Below are positions 50,314 to 57,820 of a stretch of DNA of 57,820 nt, piece after piece. The stretch comes from an uncultured cyanobacterium (GTDB lineage: Bacteria > Cyanobacteriota > Cyanobacteriia > Leptolyngbyales > Leptolyngbyaceae), in NCBI GenBank assembly GCA_963766075.1, contig CAVYAN010000033.1, positions 1-57,820 of the forward strand. Direction: 5' to 3'. Below the pieces are notes generated by a model. It did no database searches, was not told the origin of the DNA, and worked only from the letters and a program-made list of their open reading frames with translations. Position 1 is the stretch's first letter; the number at the start of each line of letters is the position of its first letter. Position numbers and translations under genes: made by a program.

Positions 50314-50616
50314 ATGGCAAAAAAGAGCATGATTGAGCGGGAGAAAAAGCGCACTCGGCTGGTGGCAAAGTATGCTAAAAAGCGGGAAGAACTGAAGGAA
50401 GCGTTTGACCAAGCGCCTAACCAGCAGGCCAAGCTGGAAATTCACCGCCAAATTCAACAGCTTCCCCGCAACAGTGCTCCCACTCGGATGCATAATCGCT
50501 GCTGGGCGACGGGTCGGCCTCGGGGTTTCTACCGTGACTTTGGACTGTCGCGCCACGTTCTTCGGGAAATGGCCCATGCCGGTCTGTTGCCCGGTGTCGT
50601 GAAGTCAAGTTGGTAG
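50314..50616 (+). CDS. rpsN: 30S ribosomal protein S14
   Basis: [10 protein letters not shown]...[11 protein letters not shown]...LPGVVKSSW. Confidence 0.98.
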   Translation: MAKKSMIEREKKRTRLVAKYAKKREELKEAFDQAPNQQAKLEIHRQIQQLPRNSAPTRMHNRCWATGRPRGFYRDFGLSRHVLREMAHAGLLPGVVKSSW

Positions 50617-50672
50617 CTGGTCCGAGTTGTCCAGTGGGTAGCGCTATTGAAATGCCTGTACTTGAGACGCCG

Positions 50673-51002
50673 TTATTGTCCGCAGCAGCGGTCGATGCCT
50701 AGGCTATCGAGGAGCAGGTCGCTGACGGCGTTGGCGATCGCAAACTCTCCGTAGAAGCTATCCGAAAAGTCATAGGCTTCCATTTCGGTGACAATGGCGA
50801 TCACTAGACAGCCCAAATCGTTCTCCCCTTCCATGCGCTGCCGGACAAAGATCTGAGCAGCGCGCTCTGCTATCTTGGCATTGGCCACCTCGGGCAAATA
50901 TTCTTGATTCAGCCAGTGGAGTAGCGTCGCTTTCAGCCATTCTCCTTCTTGCGCGGCATTGGTGGCTGGTGGCAGGGTGATGGGTGGGATGGGTTCAACC
51001 AT
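50673..51002 (-). CDS. Hypothetical protein, probably conserved in cyanobacteria
   Basis: 109 aa ORF with WLNQEYLPE...FYGEFAIANAVSDLL; fills the gap between rpsN and aat. Confidence 0.75.
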   Translation of the reverse strand: MVEPIPPITLPPATNAAQEGEWLKATLLHWLNQEYLPEVANAKIAERAAQIFVRQRMEGENDLGCLVIAIVTEMEAYDFSDSFYGEFAIANAVSDLLLDSLGIDRCCGQ

Positions 51003-51132
51003 TGAGCAGAGTCGCCTACGTGCCTACACCTGTAAGTCTGCCACATTGCGTTCCATCCGTGTCGCCTAGGCCACCCATTTCGCAGGGTTCAGACTCTAGG
51101 GAAACGCCGAAATTTACGTCACAGTTTGCGGA

Positions 51133-51720
51133 ATGATGGGAGCCAAGTTTGATATTCCTGCTATTGTTCAAGGCTATGCCCAGGGCTATTTTTTGATGGC
51201 CAATGGGGAGGGAGAGGCCCTGGATTGGTATTCGAGTCGCGATCGCACCCTCATTCCCCTTGATGATCGCTTTCGCTACCCCACGTCTTTGCGCCGCGTT
51301 CTGAATCAAGATCGATTTACAGTGGCTGTGAATCGGGCTTTTGCAGAGGTGGTAACAGGCTGTGCCGATCGCGACACCACTTGGATTTCCTCTGAATTAA
51401 AAGAAATCTATTATGCCCTGCATGAGGCGGGCTGGGCCTATAGCTTTGAAACTTGGCAAGGTGACCAACTCGCCGGGGGTATTTTAGGCTTGGTGATTGG
51501 CGGTGCGTTTATTGGGGAGTCGATGTTTTATCGAATTTCCGAAGGGTCTAAGGTGGCCATGGTCAAGCTTGTGGAGCGTCTGCGCGATCGCCACTTTGTA
51601 TTGTTTGACGCTCAGATGATGAACCCCCACCTAGAGCGGTTTGGGGCGGTCACCATTGATCAGCGCGGCTATCAAAAACTACTGACCCAAGCCAAGCACC
51701 GACAATGTCGATTGGACTGA
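51133..51720 (+). CDS. aat: Leucyl/phenylalanyl-tRNA--protein transferase
   Basis: GYAQGYFLM, TWI, GGAFIGESMF, SKVAMVKL, FDAQMMNPHLERFGA. Confidence 0.95.
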   Translation: MMGAKFDIPAIVQGYAQGYFLMANGEGEALDWYSSRDRTLIPLDDRFRYPTSLRRVLNQDRFTVAVNRAFAEVVTGCADRDTTWISSELKEIYYALHEAGWAYSFETWQGDQLAGGILGLVIGGAFIGESMFYRISEGSKVAMVKLVERLRDRHFVLFDAQMMNPHLERFGAVTIDQRGYQKLLTQAKHRQCRLD

Positions 51721-51808
51721 GGCGAAAGACATCACGGCGCGCATTCACCGGATAGGTGTTCACCTGGTATGCTCAGTGGGAAATGCGTCATGCTCTACAC
51801 ATCGCCCC

Positions 51809-53425
51809 ATGGGAATTGCTATTGACTTTGGTACTAGTAATACTGTGATTGCCCGCTGGAATCGAGCCACACAGCGGCCCGAAACCTTATCCCTACCGGG
51901 GATCAGTTACCGATCAGGGCAGAATCCGCCCCTCATTCCCAGTTTGCTGTACGTAGAAGATGCGCAGCGCTCCCAGGTTGTCGTGGGGCAGCAGGTGCGC
52001 GATCGCGGGTTGGACTTGGGCAGCGATCCCCGCTTTTTCCGCAATTTCAAACGGGGGATCGGGGCCTCGGTGCAGGGATTTATGCCGGAGGTAGATGGAC
52101 AGGCGATCGGCTTTGAACAGGCGGGACAATGGTTTTTGTCCACAGTGATTACTCAACTTCAAGCCATGGAACCGGAGGCGGCAGACTCGCTCACCTTTAC
52201 CGTGCCTGTGGATAGTTTTGAGGCATACCGCCTGTGGCTAGGACGGATTTGCGATACGCTGGCAATTGACCAGGTGCGGATGCTGGATGAACCCACTGCC
52301 GCAGCCTTGGGCTATGGCCTTGCTGACTCTGAACGGGTACTGGTGATTGACTTTGGGGGGGGCACCCTGGATCTGTCCCTGGTGCAGTTCAAGGAGGGAG
52401 CGAAGGCTGTGGCGAAGCCCGTCGGCTTTTTGCTGAAATGGGGAAAAAAATCCTTTGCAGAAGAGTCGGGGCAATCGGTAAAAACGGCTCGGGTGCTCGC
52501 CAAGGCGGGCAAAAATCTGGGGGGTTCCGATATTGATCACTGGCTAGTGGATTACTTTGCGGCGACGCAGGGGCTAGCAGCAACGCCCTTAACGACCCGA
52601 TTGGCGGAACGCCTGAAGATTCAACTTTCGTTGCAACCCCAGGCCCAGGAAGCCTATTTTGATGATGCGACGTTTGAGAGCTATGACCTGCAATTGAGTC
52701 GTGCCCAGTTTGAAGACATTTTGCAGGAGCGCCAGTTTTTTGCCGGGTTGGAGGACTGTTTGACCCAGATTTGGCAGCAGGCCCAGCGGCAGGGGTTAGG
52801 TATAGCAGATGTAAATGCAGTCCTGTTGGTGGGGGGAACAGCTCAGATTCCAGCAGTGCAGCGGTGGGTGCAGCAGTATTTTGAAGCACGGCAGTTTGAT
52901 CTGTCCCAGGTGCGCTGCGAGCAGCCCTTTGAGGCGATCGCCCAAGGGGCTTTGCAATTGACCCAGGGGATAGAACTGCAAGATTTTCTCTACCACAGCT
53001 ATGGTGTCCGCTATTGGGATCGGCGTAATGGCTGCCACGGTTGGCATCCCATTATTAAAACGGGGCAACCCTATCCGATGGGTAAACCCGTGGAGCTGTT
53101 GCTGGGGGCTTCGGTGGAAAATCAGCCCAGCATTGAACTGATCATCGGGGAATTGGGGCGTGAGGCGGAGCAGACCGAGGTTTACTTTGATGGCGATCGC
53201 CTAATTACCCGGCGGATTGGCAGTGCCCAGTCCACCGTTCAACCCCTCAACGATCGTGAGGGAGCCCGCAGTATTGCCAAACTGGAACCCCGGGGGTTTC
53301 CGGGCCGCGATCGCATCAAGGTGTACTTCCGGGTCGATGAGCAACGCTTTCTCCGCATCACTGTGGAAGATATTCTAGCGATTAAAATCCTCGTGGATGA
53401 TCAGCCGGTGGTGCAGTTGAGTTAA
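51809..53425 (+). CDS. Atypical Hsp70-family protein
   Basis: IAIDFGTSNT, DEPTAAALGY, IDFGGGTLD, LLVGG; C-terminal region shorter than in DnaK. Confidence 0.9.
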   Translation: MGIAIDFGTSNTVIARWNRATQRPETLSLPGISYRSGQNPPLIPSLLYVEDAQRSQVVVGQQVRDRGLDLGSDPRFFRNFKRGIGASVQGFMPEVDGQAIGFEQAGQWFLSTVITQLQAMEPEAADSLTFTVPVDSFEAYRLWLGRICDTLAIDQVRMLDEPTAAALGYGLADSERVLVIDFGGGTLDLSLVQFKEGAKAVAKPVGFLLKWGKKSFAEESGQSVKTARVLAKAGKNLGGSDIDHWLVDYFAATQGLAATPLTTRLAERLKIQLSLQPQAQEAYFDDATFESYDLQLSRAQFEDILQERQFFAGLEDCLTQIWQQAQRQGLGIADVNAVLLVGGTAQIPAVQRWVQQYFEARQFDLSQVRCEQPFEAIAQGALQLTQGIELQDFLYHSYGVRYWDRRNGCHGWHPIIKTGQPYPMGKPVELLLGASVENQPSIELIIGELGREAEQTEVYFDGDRLITRRIGSAQSTVQPLNDREGARSIAKLEPRGFPGRDRIKVYFRVDEQRFLRITVEDILAIKILVDDQPVVQLS

Positions 53426-53538
53426 CCTTTGTGAGCGGTGTAAGGCGCGGGTGCAGACCGCCCAAAAAATCTTTTGCTAAATTACGTTTCAAAACCCCTA
53501 GGTTATGTGCTAATTTAGGTATCGCACTGTGATGCTGA

Positions 53539-53610
53539 GGGTCGCTAGCTCAGCGGTAGAGCATTCGGCTTTTAACCGACTGGTCTCGGGTTCGAATCCC
53601 GGGCGACCCA
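53539..53610 (+). tRNA. trnK: tRNA-Lys(TTT)
   Basis: GGGTCGC/GCGACCC acceptor stem, anticodon loop CTTTTAA, GGTTCGAATCC T-arm. Confidence 0.96.
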
Positions 53611-53705
53611 TACCCCTTAGAACCCCACCGTATCGGGGTTTTCGGCTTTTAAGGGGAATCTCTGGCAAAGCCTGAGATGGCGTAGAATCGTCGGTATTAT
53701 CCAGA

Positions 53706-53729
53706 GTTTTAGGTACAGTTTTAGGTACA
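53706..53729 (+). repeat. 12-bp direct repeat GTTTTAGGTACA x2 (candidate integrase arm sites)
   Basis: gttttaggtaca gttttaggtaca, about 95 bp from the tRNA 3' end. Confidence 0.75.
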
Positions 53730-53831
53730 TACGGCATCGAGACTCAGTTCGGCCATTTGTGGAGGCGCGACGGGGTAGCGTAATCTGCCCAAGGTTTTTT
53801 GTTTTGGTGTTTATCCACCAGCTCCACCAGC

Positions 53832-53921
53832 TCCACCCGCAGCAAGGGTTTCAGCCACCAGTCATCCACCAGATCTCCCGCAATCCACCCGCAGCAAGGG
53901 TTTCAGCCACCAGTCATCCAC
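53832..53921 (+). repeat. 38-bp exact direct repeat x2 (53832-53869, 53884-53921) within TCCAC(C/T)-rich units
   Basis: TCCACCCGCAGCAAGGGTTTCAGCCACCAGTCATCCAC occurs twice, just upstream of the integrase ATG. Confidence 0.9.
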
Positions 53922-53937
53922 TAGCTCCAGCTTTGCC

Positions 53938-55059
53938 ATGCCAAAAAAACAGGAATACACGCTTGGGGCAGTCAATCAGCGCCTATCGGAGGGGAAGGTT
54001 AAAGCAAAGGTGTTTTTACGGCCGGGGGTGGGGACGCTTTATCTCAAAGCAACATTGCCCCCCAAACCAGGGAGTGATCGCCCACGTCCCTACCAGCAAG
54101 TCATCAGCCTGGGGCTTCCCGCCAACTCCGACGGCTTCAGACGCGCAGAGCAGGAAGCCCGCATCCTGAGCGGCGAATTAATCAATAAAGAATTTGATTG
54201 GGCCAAATACCAAAAGGCTGAGAAGCTGCCTGAAAACAAGCCAATCAAAGTTTGGGTGACTGAATTTAAGGCATGGTACATGCAGCGCCACACCATATCA
54301 GAGAAGACTTTTAAGGGCGATTGGATGGCAGTGTTTCAGCGCTTGCCCCAGGATGTCCCGCTCACCGCCGCGTTGATGCTGGAGACAGTTCAGGGAACTG
54401 AGCGCAATACCCGCACTCGCTCTGAAGTCTGCCGCAAGCTTCAGGAGTTGGCCCGCTTTGCCAAAATCGATGTCGAGTTGCTGGAGTTCAAGGGGGATTA
54501 CGGCCCGTCAAAAGTGCGCGATCGCGACATTCCCAGTGATGCAGAAATTGCCTATTGGCGAGACCAAATCCCCAACCCAGCTTGGCAGTGGATGTATCGG
54601 GTGATGGCTGCCTTTGGTTTACGGGACCATGAGGCTTTCTTTTGCGAATGGACCAATTATGGCTTGATGGTACTAAAAGGCAAGACAGGTCCACGCCTGG
54701 TATTTCAGCCGCTCTACCCAGACTGGGTGGATAGCTGGGATTTGCACACGATAAAACGCCCTCCCAGCAAAGATATTGATGCTATTTATGCCAAAGGAAA
54801 GCTTGGGGATAAGGTGGCGCGGCAGTTTCGGCGCTATGGGATTCCATTTCAACCGTATGATTTGCGTCATGCCTACGGGATTCGGGCCTCGGTCACATTC
54901 GACTTGCCCGTAACAACCGCCGCTGCGCTGATGGGGCATACGCCGCCAATCCATCTAGAGCGCTACCACAAGCACATTCAACTCAAGCAAAACCAAGCTG
55001 CATCAGCGCGGGTGATGGGACGGACTGATCGCCCGAAGCCTCCACCTCCCACTCTTTAA
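53938..55059 (+). CDS. Tyrosine recombinase / phage-type integrase (cyanobacterial clade)
   Basis: N-terminal LYLKATLPPKPG...QQVISLG arm domain; catalytic FGLRDHE, KGKTG, YDLRHAY, LMGH, ERYH. Confidence 0.92.
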   Translation: MPKKQEYTLGAVNQRLSEGKVKAKVFLRPGVGTLYLKATLPPKPGSDRPRPYQQVISLGLPANSDGFRRAEQEARILSGELINKEFDWAKYQKAEKLPENKPIKVWVTEFKAWYMQRHTISEKTFKGDWMAVFQRLPQDVPLTAALMLETVQGTERNTRTRSEVCRKLQELARFAKIDVELLEFKGDYGPSKVRDRDIPSDAEIAYWRDQIPNPAWQWMYRVMAAFGLRDHEAFFCEWTNYGLMVLKGKTGPRLVFQPLYPDWVDSWDLHTIKRPPSKDIDAIYAKGKLGDKVARQFRRYGIPFQPYDLRHAYGIRASVTFDLPVTTAAALMGHTPPIHLERYHKHIQLKQNQAASARVMGRTDRPKPPPPTL

Positions 55060-55361
55060 ACACCGCGCCGCTTTGATGGGTCTTGAGCGAGTCGCCGCCG
55101 CGCCGCCGCCATATCAATCTGGTGGCGGGCAATCTTTGCACCTGGCTTTCTGCGATTGCATAGTTCTTTTCCAACCCGAAACAGCCCACATTTAACGTCT
55201 TTATACAGGGCGCTGTAGCTGGGATAGCCCAAGGGTTCCCACGCTTCTTTTAGCGAGGACCACCGGCTTTGCGGCTCCAACTGGGCATGTCCAAGCGTTG
55301 GGGCAAATATTTCGGCTAAAACCTCTCGAATCAGCACTTTCAATTCCTCGCGATCGCTCAT
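55056..55361 (-). CDS. Small basic protein, putative excisionase/DNA-binding
   Basis: 101 aa; WSSLKEAWEPLGYPSYSALYK...GLFRVGKE HTH-like segment; its start overlaps the primase stop (ATGA) and it converges on the integrase. Confidence 0.6.
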   Translation of the reverse strand: MSDREELKVLIREVLAEIFAPTLGHAQLEPQSRWSSLKEAWEPLGYPSYSALYKDVKCGLFRVGKELCNRRKPGAKIARHQIDMAAARRRLAQDPSKRRGV

Positions 55362-56463
55362 GCCGAAATCGCCTCCATTCCCCGCTGACTGGGCTGTTTC
55401 ACTCGCTCGAACATGCCCCGATCTAGGTCACACTCGACATCGAATTCGCTGGGTCTTCCGTCTGAGCGATTCCGGAAATAGAGGCGGTAGGTATTGCCTG
55501 GGAGTCTCGCTGCCACCTTGAACTTGGCCCCCTGATGTTTTCCAGCTCGGATAATCACCTCATCACCAATCGCTACTGCCTCGCAATTGTCTGCGGCGAC
55601 CACTTCTAGGGATGCCGCCGCCCCTGCTGGCGGGTCAGGCTGTGGCGACGGCTGTGGATCCGCTGTACCGCCTCCGGTGATCGGACATGGGGCGTCGTTG
55701 TTTTTGGCGTTCCGTAGGGCAATCCCTTTGAGGTACGCTGACCCATAGTTATCTCTGCCCTTGCGCACATCTGCCTTGAGCTGGATGGCGCACAGGTCCA
55801 AAAGTAGTCCGCTAAAGCGCTTCATCGAGACGGGATTTTTAATCCCTGCCGTTCCGCAGTAATGCAAATAGTTTGGATAAAGCCAGTCGTTCTGTCGGAC
55901 GTAGGTATCCCAGCTCTCGCTATTACCGCCGTCCGTTGTCGATTTGCGAACCTTGGTTGCAGTACCAACCCCGGTTTTTACGCCTGGGTCGAAAACGCAG
56001 TTAGCATCCAGCCATTGGGCCAGCAAGTTCGTAGACAAAAGGCTGTCCTGGCGGGCTTCGTCCAAACCCGGAACCGCTCTAGCGGTATCGACGATGTACC
56101 GCCGCACTTCGGCATCAGGCATGTCCAAAACCCAGCGCATCAGTCCTGGGATGTGCGCTGCAAATTCCCCGGAAATACCGTCCCGGGCAACTTTAATCAG
56201 CTCGCGCCGATCAGCCGCTTCCACGACGCGCTTAAAGGGAATTGTGATCCGCCGCCGTTGGAGTCCACTTGTGTTGTCGGCGGATGAGATAGCTTCATTG
56301 GCGGCCATGATTACCATGGCGCATGGCAAAAAACTGGCCTGAGCATTGCGGTGCTTTCGTTCGTATGGGATCGGGTCCCCGCCTGTCAGGGCTTTCAGCT
56401 TCGAGACCTCGCCAGCATAGTGCTCGGAATCGGTTATGTACACCAACCGCTTGCCGTAAATTT
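55358..56463 (-). pseudogene. C-terminal part of a P4/D5-family primase-SF3 helicase, interrupted by an IS
   Basis: GKRLVYITDSE (Walker B), LKALTGGDPIPYERK, IMAAN (motif C), RRRITIPF. Walker A and the primase domain are absent and the IS end abuts at 56464. Confidence 0.85.
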
Positions 56464-57820
56464 CAGCAATTCTCATTATGGAATTTCAACTGGTGTTGGG
56501 TGGGATGACCAATTCCAAACCCTCCAGCATGAAGGTGAGGAGATGATCCCAACTATCGAAATAGAGATAACGGGTTAAAGCCCGCAAGTCATCGAAGAAA
56601 GTCTTGCGTGTGGGCAAGTGAGAACGCAAGAGTTTGTACTTCTCATCAAGCAGCTCCAGCACCGTGTGGAACAACAGTGACAGGATGTTGAGGGTGGCGA
56701 GGAAGGAAGCTAGATGCTGCTTTCCGTGCCCAAAGTTATGTTCTAGGTTGTAGCCCTTAGTCTTAAGAGTGTTATTGTTCTCGTTTTCCACCTTCCACCG
56801 GGTGCGACCCGCTAAGACAATCTCTGCCACCGTGACATCGGTAATCAGGTGATTGGTGGCAAAGGCATTTTTGTAGACCACCTTCCCATCAGGGCGGCTC
56901 ACGGTCAGTTCGCACCAATTGACTCGGAGGGCATCCTCATCATCTTTGAGTGGCACTCCGTTGAGATAGCGATAGGTATAAATTTCTTCGACCTTCCCAG
57001 TCCACCGTTTTGCCGTGACCGTCGGCAGATCGATGCCTTCGAGATGGCCATAGAGGGTGGTGTGCGACTCTGGACGGCACACCAGAATGAAGTTGACCTG
57101 TTGCGCTAAAAGCTCTTGGCATAAGGGCTGATGACAATAGAGATCATCGCCCAACACCGTCACATTTAAGGCACTGTAGCGTTGTCCATACTGCAACAGC
57201 CACCGTTTGGCGGCGGCGTTCTCACAGTCCTGCTTGTCATGTCCATCTTGTGGCACGACAAACTCAGGCACCAATGGAATCACTTGAGCTTGACCCGGGC
57301 AGACCATCACTGGGGTCACCACGCTATGGAAGTAGCGCATTTCCCCCGACTTCAACTGGCGTGTGGAACACTGCGGGCAATGGATTTGGCTCGAACTGAA
57401 GTATTCGGTGCCATCGATGGACAGCAGCAGGGTGCCCGCAAACGAGCGAAAGCCCTGCAACTGTCCCTGTTGCTCCAACACCTGCAAGATTTCCTCGAAA
57501 ATGGGAAACACCTGCTCCGGTTTCACCGGGTCGAGCAAAGCCCGAATGGGGTTGTCACTCGGAATCTGATGGACCCCAAACAGGCTTTGGGCGTTGCTGT
57601 GTCCTTTGCTGCCCGCCATCATGCGTTGGTAGGACAGAAATGAAGGGGTTTGGGTGAAGAACACGCTAAATGCGCTCAAGCCCGCATCTGCCATCCCATA
57701 GCGGCTATTCCGGCCAGTGCGTTTATCCGGTAGCGAGGACAGCACTTGGCGGAAAGAACCCACTATTGTGTCAAACAATCCCCGCTCTCTCAACGGTTCC
57801 GACTCACTTGGCTCATTCAG
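56464..57820 (-). mobile_element. Insertion sequence (DDE transposase, ISNCY-like), left end outside the window
   Basis: Transposase ORF with a candidate terminal IR CAGCAATTCTCA at 56464, 22 bp past the stop. Confidence 0.8.
56486..57820 (-). CDS. DDE transposase (ISNCY-like); frame open to the window edge
   Basis: LSIDGTEYF (D), KQDCE, LGDDLY (D), GRTRWKVENE (E), LEHNFGHG. Start is either TTG 57793 or upstream of the window. Confidence 0.9.
   Translation of the reverse strand: MNEPSESEPLRERGLFDTIVGSFRQVLSSLPDKRTGRNSRYGMADAGLSAFSVFFTQTPSFLSYQRMMAGSKGHSNAQSLFGVHQIPSDNPIRALLDPVKPEQVFPIFEEILQVLEQQGQLQGFRSFAGTLLLSIDGTEYFSSSQIHCPQCSTRQLKSGEMRYFHSVVTPVMVCPGQAQVIPLVPEFVVPQDGHDKQDCENAAAKRWLLQYGQRYSALNVTVLGDDLYCHQPLCQELLAQQVNFILVCRPESHTTLYGHLEGIDLPTVTAKRWTGKVEEIYTYRYLNGVPLKDDEDALRVNWCELTVSRPDGKVVYKNAFATNHLITDVTVAEIVLAGRTRWKVENENNNTLKTKGYNLEHNFGHGKQHLASFLATLNILSLLFHTVLELLDEKYKLLRSHLPTRKTFFDDLRALTRYLYFDSWDHLLTFMLEGLELVIPPNTS

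Larger units (their letters stand above)
53611..57820. mobile_element. Integrative element (phage satellite / integrated plasmid-like) at tRNA-Lys; continues beyond the window
   Basis: Integrase about 330 bp downstream of the tRNA, followed by a convergent small gene and a primase-helicase. Confidence 0.8.

Noticed and set aside
53510..53737. 75-aa minus-strand ORF
   Set aside because: Antisense to tRNA-Lys; spurious.
53832..53921. 38-bp direct repeats as a mini CRISPR array
   Set aside because: Only two copies, a 14-bp spacer, no cas genes; better explained as integrase-associated repeats.
56464..56476. ATG 56476 as the native primase start
   Set aside because: It lies inside the IS terminal sequence, and the protein lacks Walker A and the primase domain.

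Overview
Window from a cyanobacterial chromosome, probably a filamentous Leptolyngbya-like strain (inference from frequent HIP1 GCGATCGC sites, heptamer tandem repeats, and prk/petH/gap2/NDH-1(3) genes). Most of it is housekeeping: mnmG, murBC, nadD, gap2, rel/spoT-patD, dnaX, prk, petH, ilvN, ndhF3-ndhD3-cupA, rnc, two GT4 glycosyltransferases, rseP, nth, rpsN, aat, an Hsp70-like gene, tRNA-Asp and tRNA-Lys. Three accessory modules stand out. (1) At the left edge, a Pepco/Trypco-like small gene lies directly upstream of a caspase-family (C14) protease that the ORF track missed. (2) A ~12 kb cluster encodes a secreted TPR-CHAT protease, a TpsA/FHA-like exoprotein, a NarL-type regulator, a CHASE2 histidine kinase and a secreted DUF928 protein, which looks like an uncharacterised extracytoplasmic protease/sensor system. 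(3) At the right edge, an element integrated at tRNA-Lys carries an integrase, a small Xis-like gene and a D5/P4-type primase-helicase cut by an IS. A cytochrome b561-like gene sits inside the CO2-uptake operon, and a family of modular palindromic repeats occurs in four intergenic sites. Several genes carry single-base frameshifts, often at HIP1/CGATCG motifs; these are most likely sequencing artefacts. All family assignments come from motif recognition, not database searches.
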